A stretch of DNA of 64,000 nucleotides from Candidatus Thorarchaeota archaeon (GCA_020348985.1 CP070761.1:1112921-1176920); one strand, 5' to 3'; numbered from the stretch's first letter, positions 49,188 through 58,068 are shown. Notes: generated by a model from the letters alone, not told the origin. Numbers and translations are program-made.

Positions 49188-49353
49188 CAGTCACCCCTGG
49201 ATCCGACATTTAACAGCTTCAATGCACTGTCGACTTCACGTTGGGTTGGATTATTGCTCAGTCGCAAATCGTACATGGTTTTGGGGCGCTGGTGAAATCC
49301 AGCACCATTCTTACCGTGTCGATATCTGAGTATTCCCGGCCCCTCCATTAGAG

Positions 49354-51042
49354 CTACACCTCAACCTTGCCCAGGCTTCTGACGCCCAAGAACAGCATCA
49401 GGCCACCCATGAGCAACAATGCCACTGGACCCATGATGGCTTGTGTGAACCAGAAACCATCTACACCGAAGATGTTCTCAATGACGCGAAAGATGTTGAC
49501 ATCCAATGCGATACTGAAGAATATGTCGATGAAGAGGGGAGCAATCAGTGTAAACTGGGTCAACAACATGGAGCCTATTAGAACACTCTGATGGGCTGGA
49601 GACTTCGTGTCTTCATAGTTAGGGTTCTGAGCTGTCATGCCCATGCTTACCATGACAGCACCGCAAACTATGATGTATGAAGATGCAATCATCTGCAACG
49701 CCATCAATGGCTCAAGTGCAAACATGACACTGACTACAACACTTGGAGCAAGACTTAGAGGAAAGGCCAGTAGGAATCCTGACGCGAGTCTGGCACGCAT
49801 GAAGCGAGAAGCACCAGATGGTGCACTCCGGATTATCCAAAGCTGGTCCTTGCTCTCAAGGAATCCTGTTCCTGCGAATGGGAAGACTCCGACAACACCA
49901 ATCATTATGCCAATCATTGGCAGAATATCCATGGCCGTGACGGTGTCACCATCGTAGACAGCAATCTGGGACATGATAATCGGAAGTACTACCGCCAGTA
50001 CAACACCGTAGAGAATCTTTGAAATATTCTGAACCTTTCTGCCAAAGTCCTTCAGACTCACCACTGTCAACGCACCAAAAGATCCCTTGGCTGCTCTCCG
50101 GACTCCGCGTATCACAAAGTTCTCTCGACCTACAGTTGTGACGGTCTCAGTGCGCACACCGGCACTGATTGTGAAAACTCTGTCTGCAGCACTTAATGCA
50201 ATTGGCACCCATACCAAGCCGAATGCTGCTGTTAGGAGTAGACTCGTCCACATGTCGAGCTGCAAAATCGCCCCAAAGCCCAGTATCTGAGAGCCAGTCA
50301 AACCAATACCATTGAAGGCTATCGCAATCCAGCTGACCAAGTCTGCTGGCCATGTGAATGGCATTAGCAGAAATGCATTCATTCCTAGAATATCAGACAA
50401 CACTGGCATGAAGAACATCACACCGTACATAGGCACTATCACAATCAGTGCAATAACGAAGGTCAATGCCTTAGCTATGTCGTTTCCGCGTGGTGAATCC
50501 CCAAGTCTTGCTTGGACCAATGCCGTCACGAAGTTGGAGAGCCAGATGGTTGAAAGAACCATGGCTGCAATCGCACTGTATACCAAAGCCTGACCTAGGA
50601 ACGAAACTTCAAACGCTAGCATGAATGGAGATATCATTAGGGGAGCAAGTATCACTACAACCAATCCGTAGAATGGTATCTTGCCAGCGAAAGTGCCAAT
50701 GATTATGTCCTTTGTTCTCACGTTGTTTGAGAGGAAAATCTCCCATTGACCAATCTTAATCTCCTGTAGGGCGAAGGACAGTGGGTATAATAGCAACAAT
50801 ATCCACAGGAACAGCATTACTGTACGCATGAGTCCAGGGAACATAGACATCAACAGTAGTCGAATCTGTGACATTGGAATCAGCGACTGTATGATGAAGC
50901 CCATGATCGTTGGTGCCAAGTACGCGGCCCATACGATAGCTAATGCATACATGCTTGCCACGGTGACTGTTCTGTGGCTCCTGAAGCTCGAGGTCAAGAC
51001 GTAGAACTCAGCCTTCGCGATGCTTAGCCACTTTCGGGTCAA
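49354..51042 (-). CDS. Large polytopic permease, paralog B (putative ABC-2 exporter membrane component)
   Basis: The 562-aa ORF is paralogous to 45749..47392. It lies 4 bp downstream of the ABC ATPase gene. Confidence 0.5.
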   Translation of the reverse strand: MTRKWLSIAKAEFYVLTSSFRSHRTVTVASMYALAIVWAAYLAPTIMGFIIQSLIPMSQIRLLLMSMFPGLMRTVMLFLWILLLLYPLSFALQEIKIGQWEIFLSNNVRTKDIIIGTFAGKIPFYGLVVVILAPLMISPFMLAFEVSFLGQALVYSAIAAMVLSTIWLSNFVTALVQARLGDSPRGNDIAKALTFVIALIVIVPMYGVMFFMPVLSDILGMNAFLLMPFTWPADLVSWIAIAFNGIGLTGSQILGFGAILQLDMWTSLLLTAAFGLVWVPIALSAADRVFTISAGVRTETVTTVGRENFVIRGVRRAAKGSFGALTVVSLKDFGRKVQNISKILYGVVLAVVLPIIMSQIAVYDGDTVTAMDILPMIGIMIGVVGVFPFAGTGFLESKDQLWIIRSAPSGASRFMRARLASGFLLAFPLSLAPSVVVSVMFALEPLMALQMIASSYIIVCGAVMVSMGMTAQNPNYEDTKSPAHQSVLIGSMLLTQFTLIAPLFIDIFFSIALDVNIFRVIENIFGVDGFWFTQAIMGPVALLLMGGLMLFLGVRSLGKVEV

Positions 51043-51046
51043 GACA

Positions 51047-51817
51047 TCACCTCCAGGCCAGGAGTGCTTCGCGGTCTACTTGACCTCCAACTATCTGCAG
51101 GTAGGCTTCCTCAAGGTCGCTGACATGGGCTGCCTGGATTATATCCTCAGGAGAGCCAAGTGTGACTAGCTCACCTTCGTTCAGAATCCCTATGACGTCA
51201 CAGACATCTTCGGCGAAGCTTGTCATGTGCGTGCAGATGAAGAAGCTCGTCTCGGTCTCTTCTGCGAGGACAAGAATCAAGTCCTTCACAAGTGCACTTG
51301 CAGAGGGATCAAGCCTTGAAGTGGGCTCGTCCAGAAAGACTAGCTTTGGCTCATGTAGCAGAGTAGAGGCTACCAACACTTTTTGCTTCATACCAGAAGA
51401 GTACGACTCCAGAAGGTCATCTTGTCTTCCCTCAAGACCAAGCATTCCAAGTAATGCGTCAATCCTCTTCATGAGAGACTCGCCATTGTGGTCGTTGAGT
51501 GCGCCAATGAACTCAAGAAACTCAACAGCTGAGAGTTTCGAGTAAAGCCCCGGTGACTCAGGAAGGAGACCAGTGATTGCTTTGATCTCGTCTCTCTGGG
51601 TGTCAATATCAAGTCCGCAGACCTTTCCTCTCCCGCTCGTCTGTTTGAGCAAGCCAGACAGAATACGAACGGTGGTTGTCTTGCCGGCCCCATTAGGACC
51701 AAGGAAACCGAATCTGCTTCCAGCACGTACCTCTAGATCGAGGTCCACAACTGCGCGAACTGGCCCGAAGGTCTTGTTCAGCGCTTCTGTTTGAATCACT
51801 ATACCGTTTCCGGTCAT
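51047..51817 (-). CDS. ABC transporter ATP-binding protein (ABC-2/CcmA-like)
   Basis: The ORF has Walker A 'GPNGAGKTT', the signature 'YSSGMKQKV' and Walker B 'LVFLDEPTSRLD'. Confidence 0.75.
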   Translation of the reverse strand: MTGNGIVIQTEALNKTFGPVRAVVDLDLEVRAGSRFGFLGPNGAGKTTTVRILSGLLKQTSGRGKVCGLDIDTQRDEIKAITGLLPESPGLYSKLSAVEFLEFIGALNDHNGESLMKRIDALLGMLGLEGRQDDLLESYSSGMKQKVLVASTLLHEPKLVFLDEPTSRLDPSASALVKDLILVLAEETETSFFICTHMTSFAEDVCDVIGILNEGELVTLGSPEDIIQAAHVSDLEEAYLQIVGGQVDREALLAWR

Positions 51818-51832
51818 CGTTAATCACTTGTA

Positions 51833-51887
51833 AATCTTTACCGATTACAGGTATACTTAGCATAATGTTTATATATAAATCTTTACC
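51833..51887. promoter_or_regulatory. TATA-like box (TTTATATATAAA, 51868-51879) flanked by an 11-bp direct repeat AAATCTTTACC (51833-51843 and 51877-51887)
   Basis: These are read directly from the 129-bp divergent intergenic region between the ABC ATPase gene (-) and the 202-aa ORF (+). The TATA box lies about 79 bp upstream of the ATG at 51947. A TTCCGGAA palindrome lies further downstream. Confidence 0.35.
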
Positions 51888-51946
51888 ATAAAGCAGTAGA
51901 GATTAACCCGGAATACTTAAGTTCCGGAAGAACACGAGGAAACAAA

Positions 51947-52555
51947 ATGGGACTACTCTCAATTCACGAATCAGTTGTCTGGTGGGAATACCAGCACGGT
52001 AAATCCACTGGCGATATATTCAGTGAGTATGAGAGACCCATGCCAACTCCGAAACATGTCCTTGATGTCTACGGGCGTCTAATTGACGAAAAAACAAAGA
52101 GCGATGAGGACAAGAAGAAGGAGAAGGAAAAGATTCAGACAACAGAGCTGAAGAGTGCAGCTTACGTGTCACGTGTTCTCAGCAGGGCGAAGGAAAAGAT
52201 TGGCAAGGAGCTCAGTAATCATGCCAACAGCCATCGTCTTGATGTTGAGACAGTCTTGGATGACAAGGGGTACTTGAAGGGCTTCGATTATCAGGCCAAT
52301 ACGGAAGTATTCATCATCTTCACTTTGGATTTAGGAGTGGTAGTCTGGTACAGGCACGACTCTTATGCTGGGAAGCTCTGTCCCGACTGTCCGAAGGAAG
52401 AGGAATGTAGACAGACACTTGATACGACTCTGCTTGAATACGACTTGACGCTTAGGCCGGATCAAGAAGAGCTTCACATGACACGGCAGTCGATTGCAAT
52501 CTTCAACAAGCTTGCGGCCAAGGAAGTTCCTCGCTACAAGAGACAAGAAGAGTAA
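51947..52555 (+). CDS. Hypothetical protein (Cys-containing 'CPDCPKEEEC')
   Basis: The 202-aa ORF is the first gene downstream of the TATA promoter. Its 3' end overlaps the start region of the next gene. Confidence 0.4.
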   Translation: MGLLSIHESVVWWEYQHGKSTGDIFSEYERPMPTPKHVLDVYGRLIDEKTKSDEDKKKEKEKIQTTELKSAAYVSRVLSRAKEKIGKELSNHANSHRLDVETVLDDKGYLKGFDYQANTEVFIIFTLDLGVVVWYRHDSYAGKLCPDCPKEEECRQTLDTTLLEYDLTLRPDQEELHMTRQSIAIFNKLAAKEVPRYKRQEE

Positions 52556-52568
52556 TGGATGTGAGATA

Positions 52569-53318
52569 ATGAGTTCGGGATACGATGAACGAGTGATTAA
52601 GCCTCCTTTGGAGTCAGTGGCGTTTGGTAGGGTATTCAAGCCCACAGCGTCGCTTCGCAACAAGTACTGGTTTATAGCCATCATCACCGCCCTTATCATG
52701 TATTTGACGACTATTGGAACATTCTTCGGAATAATGTACATGGTCTATTCAATCAATCAGACTCTGTTTCAATGGCAGACCTGGTTCGACTCGTTCTGGG
52801 GACCAGTGAACTTCTGGTTCTGGGGAATTGCCTTGGTGATTCTGATACCTTACATTGTCGGCGTACCTATCTACCTGAACAGGTTCGAGTACTCTGTAAG
52901 AGGCGAGTCCGGTGAAACGATGCCGGAGGTTTATGTCAAGAAGGGCATCATTAACGTAACCGTCAAGCATGTTCCTCTGAGAACGATTACCAATATATCA
53001 ACAAGGACAGGACCGTTTGACAGACTCTTCAAGATTGGCAATGTTGAGATTCACACAGCAGGGCAATCTGGCAGCTACTATGAAGCAGGAAAGCCGGAGG
53101 AAAAAATCGAGGGAATCGTGTTCTACGAAGAACTTAGAGACTACATACTTGGTGAGATGCGGAAGCTGAAGGGCACTTATGCAGTTGGAACCGAGGTACT
53201 CACACCTGATGAGACTCCTATACCTGGAAACATAGACGAAGCTATTCTCACGACGCTTCGACAGCTTCGCGACATCTTGAGAAGAATGGACGAGAAACTA
53301 GACCGAGGAGGATATTGA
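52569..53318 (+). CDS. bPH_2 (YdbS/YdbT-like bacterial PH domain) membrane protein, paralog 1
   Basis: 'VIKPPLE' is followed by 2 TM helices, then 'YVKKGIINVTVKHVPLRTITNISTRTGPFDRLFKIGNVEIHTAGQSG', which matches the bPH_2/DUF304 consensus ending in 'TAG'. The internal ATG 52569 is the more likely start. Confidence 0.5.
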   Translation: MSSGYDERVIKPPLESVAFGRVFKPTASLRNKYWFIAIITALIMYLTTIGTFFGIMYMVYSINQTLFQWQTWFDSFWGPVNFWFWGIALVILIPYIVGVPIYLNRFEYSVRGESGETMPEVYVKKGIINVTVKHVPLRTITNISTRTGPFDRLFKIGNVEIHTAGQSGSYYEAGKPEEKIEGIVFYEELRDYILGEMRKLKGTYAVGTEVLTPDETPIPGNIDEAILTTLRQLRDILRRMDEKLDRGGY

Positions 53319-53320
53319 AA

Positions 53321-53428
53321 ATGCGACCGTTGAGTAGACGCGTGCTGGCCATATTGAGCGTTATGGGCACCTTCTCGAGTCTCTTCATCTACTTTCTACT
53401 GATTAGTCTATCAGGAGGGTTCTCATAA
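53321..53428 (+). CDS. Small hydrophobic peptide (35 aa), member of a local family
   Basis: I translated this myself; it is below the ORF-track cut-off. It reads MRPLSRRVLAILSVMGTFSSLFIYFLLISLSGGFS. Its stop overlaps the ATG of the next gene (TAATG). Confidence 0.3.
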   Translation: MRPLSRRVLAILSVMGTFSSLFIYFLLISLSGGFS

Positions 53429-54168
53429 TGGGTAAGGAAAAGAGTAGCAAAGTAATCAAACCACCACTGGAGAGGATTGCAAGCGGGAAGGTCTTCAGAC
53501 CAGCGAGAGCTTTCATCTACAAGGGATGGTTTGATGGCATCTTGGTTGCCATTGGAATTTGGTTGTTTGGAGTAGTGTGTGCGTTTGGAATCGGTTGGAT
53601 TGTTGTCGTAGCAGAAGGCATTCTTGTTGAAGAATTCTGGGGAGCGGTAGCCTACTGGTGGGGACCCGCCAATTTCTGGTATTGGCTGATAACGGCAATA
53701 TGGCTGACCCCTGCGGTGATAATCTGGCCGTTCTATGTTCGAAGAATCGAATACTCTGTAATTGCAGAAAGCGGGAAAACAATGCCCGAGATCTACGTCA
53801 GGAAAGGCATAATCACGATTACTGAGAAGCACGTTCCGTTCCGCACGATCACAAACATCTCAAGTCGCGCCGGTCCGATTGACAGGCTCTTCGGAATAGG
53901 GAGCGTGTGGATCCAGACCGCGGGATACTCAGGCGGCGCTCAGGCGGGAGCAAAACCCGAGGAGAAGTTGGAGGGCATTCACATCTTTGAGGCGGTTAGG
54001 GACTTTGTCCTCAGAGAGCTTCGTAGGTTCAGAGACCCCTATGTGACTGGAACAGAAGTCGTATCTCCAAGACCTGAAGCGGCCGTGACAGAAGGGACAT
54101 CCTCGCAGGAAGAAATCCTTGGTGTTCTGAGAGAGATCAGAGATCTGCTCAGGCGCGAGAGAGAATAG
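53428..54168 (+). CDS. bPH_2 (YdbS/YdbT-like) membrane protein, paralog 2
   Basis: 'VIKPPLE', 2 TM helices and 'YVRKGIITITEKHVPFRTITNISSRAGPIDRLFGIGSVWIQTAGYSG' make it paralogous to the upstream gene. Confidence 0.5.
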   Translation: MGKEKSSKVIKPPLERIASGKVFRPARAFIYKGWFDGILVAIGIWLFGVVCAFGIGWIVVVAEGILVEEFWGAVAYWWGPANFWYWLITAIWLTPAVIIWPFYVRRIEYSVIAESGKTMPEIYVRKGIITITEKHVPFRTITNISSRAGPIDRLFGIGSVWIQTAGYSGGAQAGAKPEEKLEGIHIFEAVRDFVLRELRRFRDPYVTGTEVVSPRPEAAVTEGTSSQEEILGVLREIRDLLRRERE

Positions 54169-54178
54169 CAGTCTAAGA

Positions 54179-54367
54179 GTGATGAGAATGGTTTCAGCAA
54201 GCAGAGTACTGGGAATCATCCTAGTGGTCGCGGGATTCGTTCTTATCCTCTTCCGAGTTGTCGAAGCCATAGCAGGATTCCCCTTCCTCATGGAGCAATT
54301 GCTATTGGGATTCTTCGTTTTGTTGATAGGGCTATCATTGATGGGGAGACTACGTAAGATTGGATAG
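54179..54367 (+). CDS. Small membrane peptide (62 aa), same local family
   Basis: 'SRVLGIILVVAGFVLILF...' has two hydrophobic helices and shares the R-V-L-x-I motif with the other peptides. Confidence 0.35.
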   Translation: MMRMVSASRVLGIILVVAGFVLILFRVVEAIAGFPFLMEQLLLGFFVLLIGLSLMGRLRKIG

Positions 54368-54379
54368 GAGAAATGTAAA

Positions 54380-54484
54380 TTGAGTAGCAGAATCGTTGCG
54401 CGTTTCATTGTTTTACTGATTGGGATTATCCTGTTCGTGATTTTCCTGTTTGGGTTTTTCATGATGGGCGGATCTTTCTCGTAG
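54380..54484 (+). CDS. Small hydrophobic peptide (about 34 aa, TTG start), same local family
   Basis: I translated this myself. It reads (L)SSRIVARFIVLLIGIILFVIFLFGFFMMGGSFS. The start codon is uncertain. Confidence 0.25.
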   Translation: MSSRIVARFIVLLIGIILFVIFLFGFFMMGGSFS

Positions 54485-54528
54485 AACTTCATGAATGGAC
54501 GTGAGTATCTGACGGGATGTGGTGACGA

Positions 54529-54798
54529 TTGGTTTTAGGAAGACGAGACCGAGGAGTCGTTTTGGCTATCGCAGGACTCTTCCTAATGTTCTTTCAGATA
54601 ATCGATCTAGTCATTGGAGGGTCCTACTTCGGCGGCTTTGGACTCCTGGGAGCATTCATCTTTCTGATTGGATTGACCGTTGTCGGAAGAGCATTGACTA
54701 GCAGAAAGGCTGCATGGTATTCTACCTTCTTCATTGGCATTGTGTTGTTTGTGTTCTTCCTAGTCGTCTACCTAATGAAGGGAGGAATGCTACCCTAG
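54529..54798 (+). CDS. Small membrane protein (89 aa), same local family
   Basis: 'RGVVLAIAGLFLMFFQIIDLVIGG...' has three hydrophobic helices. Confidence 0.35.
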   Translation: MVLGRRDRGVVLAIAGLFLMFFQIIDLVIGGSYFGGFGLLGAFIFLIGLTVVGRALTSRKAAWYSTFFIGIVLFVFFLVVYLMKGGMLP

Positions 54799-54815
54799 GA
54801 TAGGAGTCTGCTAGA

Positions 54816-54911
54816 ATGGTTACAGTTCAAAGAGTTGTCTTCAAAATCGCCCTCATGATTGTGGCAATTGTGCTTCTCCTGATAGGATTGTTCCTCTTTT
54901 CGATGTTCTAG
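54816..54911 (+). CDS. Small hydrophobic peptide (31 aa), same local family
   Basis: I translated this myself. It reads MVTVQRVVFKIALMIVAIVLLLIGLFLFSMF. A GGAG-like sequence lies upstream. Confidence 0.3.
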   Translation: MVTVQRVVFKIALMIVAIVLLLIGLFLFSMF

Positions 54912-54991
54912 GCGGGGTGGCCCAGTCTAGGCTCTTCAAACCCATGAGATAAAAGGGAGAGGAACGGTCTGTTTCCGGTTAGGATTCTACT

Positions 54992-56260
54992 ATGGCCATA
55001 GAGGACACACCATTCGTGTACAGAACACGATTAGACAAAAGCCTCTATGCATTCTATTACGCTACTGAGGGTTTCGCCACCACTGGAATCCTTACTTTTC
55101 TGCCCCTATACGTGAGGGATTATGTCCTTATCCCTGAGGCCCTTCTTGGGATCCTTTTGGCAATAGCAGCGATTCCAGCATTCATTAAGGTTTTCTATGG
55201 CCTTGTTAGCGATTCTAGATCCATTGGTGGGATGGGGCACAGAAGACCCTATGTACTCCTCTCAGTTCCGATGACTATTGGAGCATGGCTACTGTTTCCA
55301 TTAGTCACCGAGGCGGTTCTGTTCACTACATTGGTATTTCTTGCCTCTGTTGGATTCTCGATAGGAGACACTGCTGTTGATGCTTGGGCAGTAGAGATAA
55401 CTCCAACGAAAGAGAGGGGATCAATGATGGGGATTGCTTGGGGAGCTCAGGGGATTGCTTCGGTCATGGGAGCGCTTGCAACCACCATCGTTGGACCGGC
55501 ATATGGATTCACAACAGCTTTCGCCTTGCTTGGGATAGTCCAAGGATTTGGTGGAATTGTCTGGTTTGTATTCGCAAGAGAGAAGCCTATTGTGCACAGG
55601 AAGACGATCCACGGTACACTAGGATCATTGAAAGAGGAACTGAGACACAGGTATCTTTGGCTTGCATTCTTGGCCTTCATATTCGGCGGCTTTGTGTTTG
55701 GAGTGGGCTCCAATTTCATGACCTTGTTCTTTGAAGATGTTGTAGGCGCATCCGAGACAGAGATAGGAGTGTTGGTTCTTGTCTGGTCTCTGATGTTCTT
55801 TGTGGGCGGAGCGATTGGTGGTTCAGTTTATGATAGATTCAAAGACCATCGGACAGGAATCTACACAATAGCGCCGGTCTATGCCATCTCACTGTTCATG
55901 CTCACCCTCAATCAACATGGGGCATATGAGCTGGCATACGCGACTGCGATTTTCTACGGCCTAGGCAGCGGACTAACGACGGCAGCAGTCATGGGGTTTG
56001 CTGCTCGGATAACACCTGCCGTTGTCACTGGAACTGTATTTGCAGTTATTACGTCTTTTGTGAACATAGGCCGGGCAGGGCTTGGGAATGTGTACTTGGG
56101 CTACATGGTGACGAACTACGACTACACACTGGCGTTCACTTTAGGAGCACTCATCGCATTTCCCATTATCTTGTTAGCTCGATTCATTGATCACCCAAGA
56201 CTTCATGAAGAGCTTGTTGAAAAACCTGCTATTGAAGAATCAACCTACGAAAATGAATAA
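54992..56260 (+). CDS. MFS transporter
   Basis: The 422-aa ORF has 12 predicted TM helices in two 6-TM halves separated by a central loop. Confidence 0.6.
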   Translation: MAIEDTPFVYRTRLDKSLYAFYYATEGFATTGILTFLPLYVRDYVLIPEALLGILLAIAAIPAFIKVFYGLVSDSRSIGGMGHRRPYVLLSVPMTIGAWLLFPLVTEAVLFTTLVFLASVGFSIGDTAVDAWAVEITPTKERGSMMGIAWGAQGIASVMGALATTIVGPAYGFTTAFALLGIVQGFGGIVWFVFAREKPIVHRKTIHGTLGSLKEELRHRYLWLAFLAFIFGGFVFGVGSNFMTLFFEDVVGASETEIGVLVLVWSLMFFVGGAIGGSVYDRFKDHRTGIYTIAPVYAISLFMLTLNQHGAYELAYATAIFYGLGSGLTTAAVMGFAARITPAVVTGTVFAVITSFVNIGRAGLGNVYLGYMVTNYDYTLAFTLGALIAFPIILLARFIDHPRLHEELVEKPAIEESTYENE

Positions 56261-56290
56261 CCTCAAAGGCGAGAGAGTCGTAGTTCTGCC

Positions 56291-56398
56291 ATGACACCTA
56301 CGAGACTCATCCTCAAGGTCATTCTTCTGGTCTTTGTCGTTTTGCTTCTGGTAATCATCCTGTTGATTCAGTTTGGTCTTGTTCCAGGCCTTTCCTAG
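56291..56398 (+). CDS. Small hydrophobic peptide (35 aa), same local family
   Basis: I translated this myself. It reads MTPTRLILKVILLVFVVLLLVIILLIQFGLVPGLS. Confidence 0.3.
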   Translation: MTPTRLILKVILLVFVVLLLVIILLIQFGLVPGLS

Positions 56399-56410
56399 GA
56401 GTGATGATAG

Positions 56411-56518
56411 ATGAGTGGGAGGATTGTCCTGAGAATCGCTGTTCTATTTCTGCTGATTCTATTACTCGCAATCTTTTTGCTTGGTTACTTTGTGCTCGGT
56501 GGAGGACTTTTTGGCTAG
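56411..56518 (+). CDS. Small hydrophobic peptide (35 aa), same local family
   Basis: I translated this myself. It reads MSGRIVLRIAVLFLLILLLAIFLLGYFVLGGGLFG. Confidence 0.3.
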   Translation: MSGRIVLRIAVLFLLILLLAIFLLGYFVLGGGLFG

Positions 56519-56610
56519 GGGGACAGCCTTGAGGGGCTCGTTTTCCTGAAGCAAGAATGGGAGAGGCACTGTAACGGTGAGCCCAGTCTCTTCATGAATT
56601 GATTCTTGCC

Positions 56611-57459
56611 CTATCCCAGATTCATACCGAGATCGTCCACAAGCTTCTCGAAATTGCGAAGACTTTGCTGGGCATTATCTCTGTCACGAACTTCGAATAC
56701 GTACTGGATTGGTGATGGAGCAATCTCAGTCAAGAAGCGAAGCGGAGGCTCGAAGTCGATTGTACCCTCACCCACTATTTGATGTGAACCACATCGTTCA
56801 GACCAATCGTGAATGTGTACTACAGAGACAGATCTCCTATGTTTGTGGAAAACTGTCCAATCCTTGTCCTTGATCCTGCCCGTTGAATCGTAGAGCTTTG
56901 GTATATCGACACATAGCTTTAGCCCTTCCGAAATGAGAGATTCAATCGCGTCGTGGACAAGCGGGGTCCAGTTGTGGTTCTCAAGGACAATATCAACGTC
57001 TGGAGAGGCATAGTCTATCAATTCAAGCAAGTTTCCAACCAGTGTGTTTAGGAAGTCGCCATAGAATGCCTTCACGAACTCATCTTTCATCATTCGTGCC
57101 TGTTTCAGGCTCGGTAAGACTCCAGCGTGGACAACGAGATTTGTACTTGAGACGCTAACACTTCGGGCAAAGTCGATGATCCTCTTCAGGTAATGAATGA
57201 TGGCTCTCTTTACTGGTGCGTACGTAGCAAAGAGACTGATATCGTCACCAGGAGCGTGAAAACCCCAACCCACTCTGAGCTCTTGGGAGAGGTCTCGCAG
57301 CTTTTTTTTCTGCTCTTGGCTGTACTTCTCTGGAGCGAAGCGAGGGACACCAATGTCAGGGACGATGGAGGTCCAGTTATTCCCAGATGCGTAGTTTAGG
57401 GCATCCTCAAGTGAGCTATCATAGACCACGTGGTAGGCCCGATTGCTTGGAAGTGGCAT
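56611..57459 (-). CDS. Xylose-isomerase-like TIM-barrel protein (sugar phosphate isomerase/epimerase family)
   Basis: 'NLVVHAG' and 'IVLENHN' blocks are typical of the AP-endonuclease-2/xylose isomerase-like fold. Confidence 0.4.
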   Translation of the reverse strand: MPLPSNRAYHVVYDSSLEDALNYASGNNWTSIVPDIGVPRFAPEKYSQEQKKKLRDLSQELRVGWGFHAPGDDISLFATYAPVKRAIIHYLKRIIDFARSVSVSSTNLVVHAGVLPSLKQARMMKDEFVKAFYGDFLNTLVGNLLELIDYASPDVDIVLENHNWTPLVHDAIESLISEGLKLCVDIPKLYDSTGRIKDKDWTVFHKHRRSVSVVHIHDWSERCGSHQIVGEGTIDFEPPLRFLTEIAPSPIQYVFEVRDRDNAQQSLRNFEKLVDDLGMNLG

Positions 57460-57519
57460 GAGGTGTAGGAGGTCTTTACGGCGGATTATAATCTGTTCTG
57501 AGATGAATTCGTACGTGAA

Positions 57520-58068
57520 TCAATTGGTCCCAGGCTGTTCTGGCATGTCAGTCGTCTCCCACCAAGGGACCGATTCAGGAAGACCTTCCCAGATATCCGG
57601 CTCCTTTGGAGGGGGTATCACTCTCAAGAGAACCCATGAGAGCAGTGGAAGGACTAGAGTAGGTGCAGTGATGCTGACGTAGTAAATCGAGGGATAGAGG
57701 ATGAGCGGCATCAGAGAAATGACACCTATGAGAGTAAAGGGAGTTTCGCTGGCAACTGCCGCCCATTTCACTCGTCGGATTCTGACTCTCCGTCGGTAGA
57801 GCCGCATCATCTCGTAGGCGAGCCATAATCTGAAACCAGTGAAGGGGAAGGTCTGGACTATAATGAATGGGTGGAGAATGGGAGGGCCACCCCAGCTGTA
57901 GTATACCCACAACATAGCCATGACGTTAATGGTGACTTCACCATAACCCATTATCACCACGCCTGCAGGGCCGAACAAGGCAACTACGAACATTACAAGA
58001 CCAATTACTCGTGATCTACGGATTTCTTCCGTGGTTACCACTCGGATTTCATCTCCGACTTGGCTCAA
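57520..58068 (-). CDS. Integral membrane protein
   Basis: The 182-aa ORF has about 4 hydrophobic helices. Confidence 0.35.
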   Translation of the reverse strand: MSQVGDEIRVVTTEEIRRSRVIGLVMFVVALFGPAGVVIMGYGEVTINVMAMLWVYYSWGGPPILHPFIIVQTFPFTGFRLWLAYEMMRLYRRRVRIRRVKWAAVASETPFTLIGVISLMPLILYPSIYYVSITAPTLVLPLLSWVLLRVIPPPKEPDIWEGLPESVPWWETTDMPEQPGTN

